Positions 18,941-29,531 of a DNA stretch of 64,000 bases are shown piece by piece; positions within the stretch are counted from its first letter, which is position 1, and each line of letters begins with the position of its first letter. Under the pieces are notes generated by a model. That model worked only from the letters and a program-made list of their open reading frames with translations, did not search any database and was not told the DNA's origin. The position numbers and the translations under genes are program-made. The DNA comes from Planctomycetota bacterium (GTDB lineage: Bacteria > Planctomycetota > UBA1135 > GCA-002686595). The stretch covers positions 130,596 to 194,595 of the forward strand of contig JAWKUH010000006.1 in assembly GCA_041398665.1 (NCBI GenBank). The letters run 5' to 3'.

Positions 18941-20707
18941 TCACATCGCGTCGACGGGCTCGACGCCGAGCGTGCGCAACCCCGCGCTCATCACCTGCTC
19001 CGTCGCGCGCACGAGCGCGAGCCGCGCGTCGCGCAGCGCCGGCTCGGCCTTGAGCACCGGGCAGTCGTGGTAGAAGCGGCTGAACGTCTTGGCGCCGTCG
19101 AACAGCCAGTTCGCGAGGTGCGACGGGTCGCAGGTCGACTCGACCTGAGCGAGCACGCGCGGGTAGCGCAGGAGGTGCCCGAGGAGGGCGCGCTCCGCGA
19201 GTTCGCCGAAGCCGGACTCCGCGCGCGCCGCCGCCGCGAGGTCGAGCGCCGCCGCGCCGTCCGCGCGACGGAAGATGCCGGAGATGCGCGCGAGGCTGTA
19301 GAGCAGGTACGCGCCCGACTCGCCCTCGAGGTTCGTCCAGGCGTCGACGTCGAAGATCACGCGCGTCGTGTTCGCGACCTGGAGCATGCCGTAGCGCAGA
19401 CACGCCACCGCGACGCGGTCGACGGTCTCGCTCCACTTCTCCTCGCTCCAGCCGGAGCGCGTGTCGCGCTCGTCCTCGCGCATCTTCGTCTCGATCGCCT
19501 CGCGCAGGACGCGGCGCAGCTCGAAGAACGGGATGACCTTGCCCTTGCGGCTCGACATCTTGCCCTCGGGCAGCATGACGAGCTCGTAGGCGACGTGGCG
19601 GCAGTCCTTGGCGCGCTCGTAGCCCATGCGCTCGAGCGTCGCGAAGAGTTGTTTGAAGTGGTAGGTCTGCTCCGAGCCGACGACGTAGAGCGAGCGCTCG
19701 ACGCCGAACTCGTCGAACTTGCGCCGCGCGAGCACGAGGTCCCAGGTCAGGTAGAGGCTCGTGCCGTCGGACTTGCGCACGAGCGCCGGTCCCAGGTCGT
19801 AGTCGTCGAGCATGCAGACGATCGCGCCCTGGCTGTGCTCGAACACGCCGCGCTCGAGGTACTCGTCGACGATCGCCTGACCGGGTTCCTCGAGCTCGGA
19901 CTCGTAGAAGTCGGTGTCGAAGCGGACGTCGAGCCAGCGGTACACCTCGGCGAACTCGTCGAGGCACCACTGCCGCGTCTCCTCGTAGAGGTCGGCGTAG
20001 CCCGGCTCGCCGCTCTTGATCTTCTCGAGGATCTCGCGCAGCTCGGTGTGCAGCGCCTCGAACGCGGGTCGGTCGTTCGCCTCGAGCTCCGCGAGGTGCG
20101 CCGTCGTGCTCGCGTAGGCCTTGCCGAGCCAGGCGCCGCGCTCCTCGGCGGGCGGGTCGCCGACGTCGCGGTGCTTCAGCCACCACAGACACTTCGCGAC
20201 GTCGACACCGAAGTCGCCGTAGTAGTTGGCGGCGACGACCTCGTGGCCGCGCGCGCGGAAGACGCGCTGCAGCGCGTCGCCGACCGCGACGTTGCGGAGG
20301 TGGCCGACGTGGAAGACCTTGTGCGTGTTCGGCTGCGAGAACTCGACCATGACCTTCTCGCGCGCGCCGCTGCGGCAGCTCTCCGCGAAGCTGCCGTCCT
20401 CGACCGACGCGAGCAGGTCGGCGAGCAGGACGCCGGGGTGCGCGAAGAAGTTGAGGTAGGGGCCGGCCGCCTCGACGCGCTGGATCGCGCCGCCGGTCGC
20501 GACCTTGGTCGCGAGATCCGCGGCGATCGCGGGCGGAGCCTTCCGAAGCGCCTTCGCGAGCGTGAAGACCGGGAACGCGAGGTCGCCCTTGCTCGGGTCC
20601 GGCGGGTGCGACAAGGCCTTCGACAGAGCGTCGCGGTCCGGCGCTCCGTCGAGGCCGGAGAGAGCGTTCGTGAGGGCGTCGAGCACCTCGTCGCGGAAGT
20701 CGATCAT
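18941..20707 (-). CDS. argS: Arginine--tRNA ligase
   Basis: 588 aa. Class-I HIGH-type motif SQPNTHKVFHVGHLRNVAVGD and C-terminal DALR-like anticodon-binding region. Confidence 0.9.
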   Translation of the reverse strand: MIDFRDEVLDALTNALSGLDGAPDRDALSKALSHPPDPSKGDLAFPVFTLAKALRKAPPAIAADLATKVATGGAIQRVEAAGPYLNFFAHPGVLLADLLASVEDGSFAESCRSGAREKVMVEFSQPNTHKVFHVGHLRNVAVGDALQRVFRARGHEVVAANYYGDFGVDVAKCLWWLKHRDVGDPPAEERGAWLGKAYASTTAHLAELEANDRPAFEALHTELREILEKIKSGEPGYADLYEETRQWCLDEFAEVYRWLDVRFDTDFYESELEEPGQAIVDEYLERGVFEHSQGAIVCMLDDYDLGPALVRKSDGTSLYLTWDLVLARRKFDEFGVERSLYVVGSEQTYHFKQLFATLERMGYERAKDCRHVAYELVMLPEGKMSSRKGKVIPFFELRRVLREAIETKMREDERDTRSGWSEEKWSETVDRVAVACLRYGMLQVANTTRVIFDVDAWTNLEGESGAYLLYSLARISGIFRRADGAAALDLAAAARAESGFGELAERALLGHLLRYPRVLAQVESTCDPSHLANWLFDGAKTFSRFYHDCPVLKAEPALRDARLALVRATEQVMSAGLRTLGVEPVDAM

Positions 20708-20744
20708 CGGGTGGAAGGTCGCGGAGGATTCGGGCGAACGATTT

Positions 20745-21128
20745 CAACACGTGTCGAGGCGCGGGTCACGTGTGGCGGCCCTTCGGGCCCCGGGAAACAC
20801 GAAGGACCGGAAGCACACGGAGCACACGGAGGAACACAGGACGCGCGATCCCAGCGCCGCGCAGCGGCGCCTCCGTGTGCTTCGTGTGCTCGGTGGTTCC
20901 CCACCGTGCGGCCGGCAGGCCGCACGAACAACCCGCCACACGGCGCGTCCTTCGGCCGCGCAGATCTCACAGGGAGGCACAGAGAACACAGAGGCGCCGC
21001 TTCGCGGCGCAACACCCGATCGTCCGGCTGTGCTTGCGGCGCCGAAGGCGCCGCTCGTGCTCCTCTGTGTCCTCTGTGTCTCCCTGTGAACCCTCCGGCG
21101 CCGCCGGCGCCGTTCGGGCAGCGCGCTG
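20745..21128. repeat. Intergenic repeat element copy B (~380 bp, mosaic of palindromic modules cacacggagcacacggagg / cctccgtgtgcttcgtgtg, tcacagggaggcacagagaacacagagg / cctctgtgtcctctgtgtctccctgtga, gcgccgcttcgcggcgc, ggcgccgttcgggc)
   Basis: No protein-like ORF. The antisense translations of copies B and C share the peptide HTEHTEEH, an artefact of the same repeat. Lies between argS and the ABC-F gene. Confidence 0.6.
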
Positions 21129-21130
21129 GA

Positions 21131-23119
21131 TCAGGACCAGTTCGCCCAGGTCTCGTTCTTCTCCTCGAGGTCGCGCTCGATCTCGGCCAGCCGGTACTGC
21201 CGCTCGACGAGGGCCTCGTGGTCGCGGTAGACCTCCTCGCTCTGCATCTCGCGGGTCAGGCGCTCCTTCTCCTCCTCGAGCGCCATGATCTCCTTCTCGA
21301 GCTTCTCGAAGAGGTAGGGATTGCGGACGCGCTGGCCGCCCTGGTTCTTGGGTTGGTTCTTTGCAGCCTTCGCCGGCGCAGCGGCGGCCTGCTGCGGCTT
21401 CGGCGCGGGTTGCGGCGCGGGCTTCGACTTCCTGGCCTGCTCGGGCTTCGGCGGCGCCGGCTGCGGCTTGCTCGCCTTCGCCGCGGCCGCGGCCCTGCGA
21501 TCCACCTCGGCCGCACGCTCCGCCTCGATGGCCGCGCGGTACTCCGAGTAGTTGCCCCGGAACTCGCGGAAGCCCTTCGGCCCGAGCTCCCACACCTTGT
21601 TGCAGAGGTTGTCCATGAACTCCCGGTCGTGGCTGATGCACAGCATCGCCCCCGGGAAGCCGGACAGCATCTCCTCGAGCGCGGTCCGCGCCGCGAGGTC
21701 GAGGTGGTTCGTCGGCTCGTCGAGCGCGAGCCACGTCGGCTTGGAACCGATCAGCCTGGCCAGCGCGACGCGCGCGCGCTCGCCGCCGGACAGGCGGCCG
21801 ATCTCCGCGTCCACGTCGTCGCCGCGGAACAGGAACAGCGCGAGGTGGCTGCGGATCTCCTCGTCCGTCGCCGTCGGCCAGTCCTTGCGCATCGTCGTGA
21901 ACGGCGTCGCCGCGGGATCGAGGTCGCCCGACTCCTGGTCGAAGTAGCCGACCTCGGCCTTGTGACCCTTCTTCACCTCGCCGGCGAGCGGCGCCTTCTT
22001 CTCGCACAGCGTGCGCATCAGCGTGGTCTTGCCCGCGCCGTTCGGACCGACCAGGGCGATGCGGTCGCCGCGAGCGATGCGCAGCTCGAGTCCCTTCGCT
22101 AGCACGTTGGCGCCGTGCCCGATCGAGAGGTCCTCGCAGGACACGATCGTCTCCCCCGAACGCTCGACCTGTGTGAGCCTCAGGATGGGCTTGCGCACGT
22201 CGTCGTAGGGCCGCTCGAGCCGTTCGACGCGCTGGAGCCGTTTCTGCCGGCCCTTCGCCTCGGACGTCCGCTGGCTGCCCATGTGCTTCTTGATGAACTG
22301 TTGTTCCTTGCGGATCTTGTCGCGCTGGATCTCCCAGGCGCGCAGTTCGCTCGCGAAGCGTTCCTGCCTCAGGTCGACGTACTTGTTGTAGTTGCCGGGG
22401 TAGCGGCGGAGCTGGCCCCACTCGAGCTCGACGATCACCGTCACCACGCGGTCGAGCATCCGACGGTCGTGGCTGATGAGCATCAGCGCGCCGCGGTACT
22501 CGCGCAGGTAGTTCTCGAGCCACTCGATGCCCTCGAGGTCGAGGTGGTTCGTCGGCTCGTCGAGCATCAGGAGGTCGGGCCGACGCACGAGTTCGCGCGC
22601 CATCGCGACGCGCGCCTTCTCGCCGCCCGAGAGCGTCCGCGCCTCGCGCTCCCACAGCTCGCGCGACAGCCCGATGCCGTCGAGGACGACCTCGGCCTGG
22701 CGCTCCGCGTTCCAGCCGTCGAGGAGGTCGATCTGCTCGGTGACGCGGCCGAAGCGCTCCACCGCGCGCTCGAGCGCCTCGCCCTCGTACTCCGCGAGGT
22801 GCGACTCGAGGTCCTTGGCCTCGGCCAGCAGGGTCTTCACCTCGTCGAGTCCGTGCTCGACATACTCGAACGCGCGCACGCCGGGCTCGAACTCGGGCCT
22901 CTGCGCGACGTAGCCGACGCGGGTGCCGCGCGGCACGGTCAGCTCGCCGCGCTCCGGCGGCTCGATGCCCGCGGCGATGCGCATCATCGTCGTCTTGCCG
23001 CCGCCGTTGCGACCGACGACGCCGACCTTCTCGCCCGCCTCGATGGCGAGGTCGAGGCCGCGCAGGACCTCGAGCGCCCCGAAGTGCTTCTCGAGGCCGC
23101 GGATGATGAGGACGCTCAC
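21131..23119 (-). CDS. ABC-F family ATPase (two ABC domains, no TM; Uup/EttA-like translation factor)
   Basis: Two Walker A (GRNGGGKTT, GPNGAGKTT), two signatures (LSGGEKARV, LSGGERARV), inter-domain linker, C-terminal coiled-coil with PAPKP-rich spacer. Confidence 0.9.
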   Translation of the reverse strand: MSVLIIRGLEKHFGALEVLRGLDLAIEAGEKVGVVGRNGGGKTTMMRIAAGIEPPERGELTVPRGTRVGYVAQRPEFEPGVRAFEYVEHGLDEVKTLLAEAKDLESHLAEYEGEALERAVERFGRVTEQIDLLDGWNAERQAEVVLDGIGLSRELWEREARTLSGGEKARVAMARELVRRPDLLMLDEPTNHLDLEGIEWLENYLREYRGALMLISHDRRMLDRVVTVIVELEWGQLRRYPGNYNKYVDLRQERFASELRAWEIQRDKIRKEQQFIKKHMGSQRTSEAKGRQKRLQRVERLERPYDDVRKPILRLTQVERSGETIVSCEDLSIGHGANVLAKGLELRIARGDRIALVGPNGAGKTTLMRTLCEKKAPLAGEVKKGHKAEVGYFDQESGDLDPAATPFTTMRKDWPTATDEEIRSHLALFLFRGDDVDAEIGRLSGGERARVALARLIGSKPTWLALDEPTNHLDLAARTALEEMLSGFPGAMLCISHDREFMDNLCNKVWELGPKGFREFRGNYSEYRAAIEAERAAEVDRRAAAAAKASKPQPAPPKPEQARKSKPAPQPAPKPQQAAAAPAKAAKNQPKNQGGQRVRNPYLFEKLEKEIMALEEEKERLTREMQSEEVYRDHEALVERQYRLAEIERDLEEKNETWANWS

Positions 23120-23244
23120 GGTCGTTCCTTGTCGTTCGTCGGTCCCGCCGCGAGCGTTCTCGCCGCCGAATCGGGCGGAAGAGGATAGCAGGGGACGCGA
23201 CCCGATCGCAGCGTCGCGCGCTCCCGGTCGCTATCCTGCGCGGC

Positions 23245-24099
23245 GTGCCCGCCCCCCCGAAGGACGCCAGGAGTCGAGTCGCCCGCGTCGTCTCCGTGCG
23301 CCCGTGCGGGAGCGATGCGATCGTGCTCCGCGTCGCGACCGACGAACCGGTCGGACCGGTGCGCGCGAGTCGCTTCTTCATGCTGCGGCGCGAGGACGGG
23401 ACCGCGCCCCTGATCCCGCGGCCCTACTCGATCTACCGTCAGGGCGACGACTGGATCGAGTTCCTCGTGAAGCGCATGGGGCGGGGCAGCCGGTCGCTGG
23501 CCGCCGCCGCGCCGGGCACCGAGCTCCGACTGATCGGCCCGCTCGGCAACGGGTGGCCGACGCTCGACGGCGACGGACCGCCGTGGGTCCTGCTCGCGGG
23601 CGGCGTCGGCTCCGCGCCGATCCCGATGGCGGTCGAGCAGGCGCTCGCGGGCATGGACGGAGCCCGACCGTGCCCGCCTTCGAAGCTGTTCGTGCTCTTC
23701 GGCGCGCGCGACGGTGGTCTGCTCTACGACCTCGACGCGCTGCGCGAGCTCGGCGTCCCGGTCCACGCGGCGACGCTCGACGGCTCCGTCGGCTTCCGCG
23801 GCAACGTCCTCGAGCTCCTCGACGACCTCGTGTCGCGCGGCGAGGTGCCCGCGCAGCACCGCCTGCTCGCCTGCGGCCCCGACCCGATGCTCGAGGCGGT
23901 GCACGCGCGCGCGCTCGAGCGCGGTGTCGACGCGTGGCTCAGCCTCGAGACCCTGATGGGGTGCGGCGTCGGCATCTGCAACGGCTGTCCCGTCGTGACG
24001 CGCGCCGAGGGCTCGCTCGCCGCCTGGTCGAACGCGAAGTGCTGCGTCGAGGGACCGGTGTTCGCGGCGCGCGACATCGTGCTCGCGCACGCGCACTGA
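23245..24099 (+). CDS. PyrK-like FAD/NAD(P)-binding oxidoreductase with C-terminal 2Fe-2S cluster (dihydroorotate-dehydrogenase electron-transfer-subunit family)
   Basis: RPYS FAD-binding motif (PRPYSIY), GGVGSAP NAD-binding motif, C-terminal CGVGICNGCPV...KCCVEGPVF cysteine cluster. No pyrD next to it. Confidence 0.7.
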   Translation: MPAPPKDARSRVARVVSVRPCGSDAIVLRVATDEPVGPVRASRFFMLRREDGTAPLIPRPYSIYRQGDDWIEFLVKRMGRGSRSLAAAAPGTELRLIGPLGNGWPTLDGDGPPWVLLAGGVGSAPIPMAVEQALAGMDGARPCPPSKLFVLFGARDGGLLYDLDALRELGVPVHAATLDGSVGFRGNVLELLDDLVSRGEVPAQHRLLACGPDPMLEAVHARALERGVDAWLSLETLMGCGVGICNGCPVVTRAEGSLAAWSNAKCCVEGPVFAARDIVLAHAH

Positions 24100-24150
24100 C
24101 CGGGCGCGGGCGCGACGGACCACCCGGCCGCTCGGCGGTCGGCGAAAGCC

Positions 24151-26900
24151 ATGAAGCACGTCCGCACCCGCGGTCGCGCGGCGCTCGTCGTCGCCGCCGC
24201 CCTCCTCGTCCCGCTCCTCGGTCCGGCCTCCGTCGCGCAGCAGGAGCGCTCGCCGTCGGGCGAGCAGCTCGTGCCGGGCGCGACGCTGCGCCTCTTCGAA
24301 CTCGCGACGAGCGTGTCCGAGCTGCCCGAGCTCGCGCCGGGTCAGACGCCCAACGTCGACAAGGTCGTCGAGCGCCTCGACCTCGACTCGCGCGAGGACT
24401 TCGGCGGACCCGAGGACGCCTTCTACTGCGAGGTGACGGGCTGGCTCGTCGTCGAGCGCCCGGGCGAGACCGCGTTCCGCCTCGAGAGCGACGACGGTTC
24501 GTCGCTCGAGGTCGACGGGAACCTCGTCGTCGACAACGACGGCGAGCACGCGCCGGAGTCGGTCGACGGGAGTGCGAAGCTCGAGCGCGGGCTCCACGGC
24601 TTCCGCGTGCGCTTCTTCGAGGCCGGCGGCGGTCAGGTGCTGCGGCTCTCGTGGAAGCCCGCCGGCGCCGACGAGTTCACGGTGCTCGGGCCACGCTCGC
24701 TCCGCACCGAGAAGAACGTGGTCCGCGTGACGTCGCCCGGTCCGAAGGTCCTGATGGGGCCCGGCGGTCCGATGCGTCCCGGTGCGGGCATGCCGCTCGA
24801 CCGCATGCACCCCTCGTTCCGCGTGGTCGACCTGCGACCCGAAGGCTTTCGCCCGCAGGTCGGCGGACTCGCGGTGCTGCCGGACGGCGACCTCGTCGTC
24901 GCGAGCTTCCGGCCGAACCAGGAGGGTTGGGCCGACGGCGTCGACACCGATCCCGACGGCGTGCTCTACCGCGTCTCGAACGCCGTCGCGGCCGAGGGAC
25001 CGGACGACGTGCGCGTGTCCGTGATGGCGGAGGGCTTCCACGAGCCGGCGGGGTTGCTCCTCCTCGACGGCGCGCTCTACGTCTCGCAGCGCGAGGAGAT
25101 CACGCGCCTGCGGGATCCCGAGGGCGACCTCTCGTTCTCCGACCGCGGGAAGCTCGCGGGCGGCTGGACCGCCGACAACTACCACCACTTCACGTTCGGG
25201 CTCGGCTACTCGCGCGGAACGCTCGGCGCGACGCTCTACGCGGCGCTCTCCACGTCGATCTACCTCGACGCGAGCGAGGGCGAGTTCCCCGGGCTCAACG
25301 GACCGAACCCGCCGAACCGCGGCACGCTCGTGGAGGTCTCGCTGTGGGACGGCAGCGTGCGCTACACGGCCGGCGGGTTCCGCACGCCCGACGGCGTGTG
25401 CGCCGCGGACGGAAGGGTGTACGTGACCGACAACCAGGGCGCGTGGAACCCGTCGAACAGCCTGTACGTGGTCCGTCCGGGCCGCTTCTACGGGCACTAC
25501 AACAGTACGCAGAAGAGTGAGCGTTACCCCGACGGCGGGTACGCCGGTCCGTTCGACGACCGACCGGTGTCGCCGCCGGCCGTGCACCTGCCCCAGAACG
25601 AGTGCGCGAACTCGCCGACGCAACCCGTCCCGATCGAGGGCGGCGAGTTCGCGGGGCAGTTGCTCGTCGGCGACCTCAAGGCCGGCGGCATCCGTCGCAT
25701 CTTCCTCGAGGAGGTCGGCGGCGAGGAGCAGGGCTGCGTGTTCCGCTTCGCGCAGGGACTCGAGTGCGGCGTGCACCGTCTCGCGTGGGGCCCGGACGGG
25801 AAGTTGTTCGTCGGCGGGACCGGCGCGTCGGACACGTGGAGCTGGAACGGCACGCGCTGGGGACTGCAGCGGCTCGACCCGACGGGCGAGACCGCGTTCG
25901 AGATGAAGGCGGTGCGTGCGACGCCCGACGGCTTCGTCGTCGAGTACACGCGGCCCGTCCCGTTCGACCAGCTCGTGGACACGGCGCGCTGGCACGTCTC
26001 GCAGTGGCGCTACGAACCGACGCCGGAGTACGGCGGCGAGAAGGTCGACCGCGAGGACCTCGCGGTGGCGTGGGCCGAGCCGTCGGAGGACGAGAGGAGC
26101 GTGCGCCTCGTGATCCCCGGGCTGCGCGAGGGTCGCGTCGTGCACCTCTACGGCGACGCGACCGACGAGTCGGGCGAGAGCCTCTGGTCGCCGGAGACCT
26201 GGTACACGCTCAACGCGCGTCCGCACGACCGGGTCGACGAGGAGGCGAAGCGCGCGCTCGTGTTCACGCGGACGACGGGCTTCCGCCACGGCTCGATCCC
26301 CGACGGCTGGCGCTGCATGGAGGAGCTCGCTCGCGAGAACGGCTTCACGGTGCGCATCACCGAGGACCCCGCGTGGTTCACGGACGACGTGCTCGCCGGC
26401 TTCGACGCCGTCGTCTTCCTCAACACGACGGGCGACGTGCTCGACGACGAGCAGCAGGCCGCGACGGAGCGCTTCGTCGCGAACGGCGGCGGCTACCTCG
26501 GCGTGCACAGCGCGTCGGACACCGAGTACGACTGGCCCTGGTACGGACGGCTCGTCGGTGCGTACTTCGCGAGCCACCCGCGCATCCAGGACGCCGTCGT
26601 CCGCGTCGTCGACGGCAGCCACCCCTCGACCGAGATGCTGCCCCTCGAGTGGAAGCGTCGCGACGAGTGGTACAACTTCCGCGCACCGGTCGGCGACGAC
26701 GTGCGCGTGCTGCTGTCGCTCGACCAGTCGAGCTACGAGGGCAGCGCGATGCCGCCGGGACGACACGCCACGGCGTGGTGCCACGAGTACGGCGGGGGGC
26801 GCGCGGTCTACACCGCGGGCGGTCACACCGAGGCCTCGTACACCGAGCCCTGTTCCGCGAGCACCTGCTCGGCGCGCTGCGTTGGGCCGCCGGATGGTGA
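24151..26900 (+). CDS. Secreted multidomain protein: signal peptide, PA14-like domain, central beta-propeller-like region, C-terminal ThuA-like (class-I glutamine-amidotransferase-like) domain. Apparent 1-nt frameshift at ~26848-26850.
   Basis: PA14-like GWLVVERPGETAFRLESDDGSSLEVDG. ThuA-like LVFTRTTGFRHGSIPDG...FDAVVFLNTTGDVLDDEQQ...GGGYLGVHSASDT. The conserved-looking C-terminus LFREHLLGALRWAAGW* is in the frame of ORF 25602..26900; one C missing in a ccc run joins the two frames. Confidence 0.6.
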
Positions 26901-27024
26901 GCCCGCGCGCGGCTCGACCGTTCGCGCACGCGAGCGGTGTCGCTCGCGCGGCGAGCGGTCGGGCGGGCGACCGATCGCCGGGTCACACTTCGTCCGGGAG
27001 TAGACTCCCGTCGAAGGACCACGC

Positions 27025-28500
27025 GTGAAGGGCGAGAACGGGAACGGCGAGGAGCGGATCGGCGGGGCGACCTCGCGCGCCGCCATGTCGGCGATCGAGC
27101 GGACGCTCGCGTCGCCGTGGCGGACGGCGGTCGTCGCGGCGCTCGCCGTCCTCGCACTGAGCTGGATCTCGACCGACCAGCAGCGCCGCTTCGCCGAGAC
27201 GCGGATGCTGAGTTCCGACACGTTCCGGCTGAACGTGTGGGCGCTGTTCCTGCCGGAGCTCGCGCACTTCGCCCTGTGGGCCGTGATCGCTCCGACGCTC
27301 CTCGCGTTCATGCTCTGGAGCTGGAACCGGCTCCATCCGCTCCTCTTCGCCGTCGCGCAGCTCGCGGCGTGCTTCGGCGCGGCCTGGAGCATGGGCTACC
27401 TCGAGTTCCACGTGTCGCGCGAGATCGTCCGCAACGTCACGGGCAGTCCGATCGTGCGCGTCGACGGGCGCGAGTCGGAGGACGTGCCGTTCATCGAGGG
27501 GGACGTCGAGCTCGACGGTCGCGACGCAGCGGTCGCGCCGAGCGACGAGCTCGAGGGTCCGCCGCCGGGCGGACCTCCGCCGCTCGGTCCCGACGGCGCG
27601 CCCCGGCCGCGACCCGGCGAGGCGCCGCCGCCGGACCGACAGCAGCGCCGTTTCGACCGCGGCGGCGACCGGGGCGGCGAACGCGGCGGGCGCTTCGACC
27701 CGCGTCGGTTCCGCGGGCGACCGGTCGACGGCGCGGACAACGCGAGTCGGCAGTTCGGCCGCGAGGTCCTGCTGTACCTGCTCGCGCTCGGGGTCTCGGG
27801 CTCCGCGTTCGCCTTCCTCCGTCAGCGCAAGGGCGAGCGCCGCGCGCACGAGCTCGAGCTCGAGACCGCGGCGCTCGAGGGGGAGCTCGCGCGCACGCAG
27901 CTCCGCTCTCTGCGCGCCCAGCTCCAGCCGCACTTCCTGTTCAACGCGTTGCACGGCATCGGCGGACTCGTGCGCGAGAAGCGCGACGGCGAGGCGCTGC
28001 GGACGCTCTCGGACCTCGGCGGGCTGCTGCGGCGCACGCTCGACGCGGACCGCGTGGACCGCTGGTCGCTCGACAGCGAGATCGCGCTCGTCGAGGAGTA
28101 CCTCTCCGTCGAGAGCGTGCGCCTCGGCGACCGCCTCGCGACGCACGTCGACGTCGAGGACGACGTACGCGGGGTGCAGCTCCCGCCGTTGCTGCTCCTG
28201 CCGATCGTCGAGAACTCGATCCGGCACGGCGTCGCGACCCAGGCGCGCGGCGGGAGCGTCGACGTGAGCTGCGCGCGGATCGGCGACCGGCTCCGCATCG
28301 AGGTCGCCGACACCGGCCCCGGTTTCGACGCGGCCGTGCTGCGCGCCGGGCGACACCCCGCCGACGACGAGGTGCACGTCGGCCTCCAGAACACGCGCGA
28401 GCGACTCGAGCGGCTCTTCCCGGGCCGCCACACGTTCGCGCTCTCGAACCGCCCGGGCGGCGGTGCGTCGGTCGTGATCGAGATCCCGTCGGAGGCGTGA
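27025..28500 (+). CDS. LytS-type (His_kinase PF06580-like) membrane sensor histidine kinase
   Basis: N-terminal TM helices, Pro/Gly/Arg-rich linker, then LRAQLQPHFLFNALHGI and an HATPase_c region (VENSIRHG...DTGPGF). Confidence 0.8.
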   Translation: MKGENGNGEERIGGATSRAAMSAIERTLASPWRTAVVAALAVLALSWISTDQQRRFAETRMLSSDTFRLNVWALFLPELAHFALWAVIAPTLLAFMLWSWNRLHPLLFAVAQLAACFGAAWSMGYLEFHVSREIVRNVTGSPIVRVDGRESEDVPFIEGDVELDGRDAAVAPSDELEGPPPGGPPPLGPDGAPRPRPGEAPPPDRQQRRFDRGGDRGGERGGRFDPRRFRGRPVDGADNASRQFGREVLLYLLALGVSGSAFAFLRQRKGERRAHELELETAALEGELARTQLRSLRAQLQPHFLFNALHGIGGLVREKRDGEALRTLSDLGGLLRRTLDADRVDRWSLDSEIALVEEYLSVESVRLGDRLATHVDVEDDVRGVQLPPLLLLPIVENSIRHGVATQARGGSVDVSCARIGDRLRIEVADTGPGFDAAVLRAGRHPADDEVHVGLQNTRERLERLFPGRHTFALSNRPGGGASVVIEIPSEA

Positions 28501-28505
28501 GACAC

Positions 28506-29330
28506 ATGAACCAGGAGCCCGTCGAACCGATCCGCTGCGCCATCGTCGACGACGAGCCGATGGGGCGCGCGAGTCTGCGCCACGTGCTGTCGGCCGATCC
28601 CGAGGTCGAGCTCGTCGGCGAGGCCGGCGACGGTGACGCCGCGCTCGAACTCATCCGTCGCGAGATGCCCGACGTCGTCTTCCTCGACGTGCACATGCCG
28701 GGTCGCTCCGGACTCCAGGTCGTCGAGGCCCTCTCCGAGGACGAGCGACCGCTCGTCGTGTTCGCGACCGCCTACGACCACTACGCCGTCGAGGCCTTCG
28801 AGAAGAGCGCGGTCGACTACCTGCTCAAGCCCTTCGACGACCGGCGGCTCGCGCAGGCGCTCGAGCGCGTGAAGGACCACCTGCGTCGCGAACAGGCGCT
28901 CGAGGCCAAGAACCGCCTGGCGGCGCTGCTCGACGAACTGCGGCCGGACGGCGCGTCCGCGGACGCGAGCACGGCGGCACCGGACGGGACCGACGACGAC
29001 GGACCGCTCGACCGCATCGTCATCCATCGCGAGAGCCAGGTGCAGATCGTCCCGGTCGACGACGTGCGCTTCATCCAGGCCGCCGACCAGTACGTGGAGA
29101 TCTTCACGGACAAGGGCCCGCAGCTCATGCGCGAGTCGATGGCGAACCTCGAGCAGCGGCTCGACAAGGAGCGCTTCATGCGCATCCACCGCTCCTACAT
29201 CGTCGCCATGGACCAGGTGCGGCTCATGGAGAGCCGGCCCGGCGGCACGGCTCGGGTGAAGCTGGTCGACGGCCGTTGGCTCCCCGTCGCGCGCACGCGC
29301 GTCCCGGCGCTGCGCCGTCGCCTGGGCTGA
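28506..29330 (+). CDS. LytTR-family response regulator (REC + LytTR DNA-binding domain)
   Basis: REC motifs CAIVDDEP...DVVFLDVHMPGRSG...YLLKPF. C-terminal LytTR fold (RFMRIHRSYIV). 6 nt downstream of the kinase. Confidence 0.85.
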   Translation: MNQEPVEPIRCAIVDDEPMGRASLRHVLSADPEVELVGEAGDGDAALELIRREMPDVVFLDVHMPGRSGLQVVEALSEDERPLVVFATAYDHYAVEAFEKSAVDYLLKPFDDRRLAQALERVKDHLRREQALEAKNRLAALLDELRPDGASADASTAAPDGTDDDGPLDRIVIHRESQVQIVPVDDVRFIQAADQYVEIFTDKGPQLMRESMANLEQRLDKERFMRIHRSYIVAMDQVRLMESRPGGTARVKLVDGRWLPVARTRVPALRRRLG

Positions 29331-29531
29331 ACCGGCGCCCGGCGACGGGACGGGAGGGCGCCCCAGGGACCGCCTTCGCAACCCCCGGGGCACCGCCGGC
29401 TCCACGGGGCTCCGGTGGATTCGCGCGAACCGTCGATCCCGGGCAAGATCGACCGTCCGGAAGCCCCGCGACGCGACTCCTCGCGACGCGCCGACCGGAC
29501 ACGAAGAGGACCGAACCACCTCGCACGCACC

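Noticed and set aside
23119-23245. Divergent promoter between the ABC-F gene and the pyrK-like gene
   Set aside because: No confident -35/-10 or sigma-54 (TGGCAC-N5-TTGC) elements could be recognised in this GC-rich spacer, so it is not reported as a feature.
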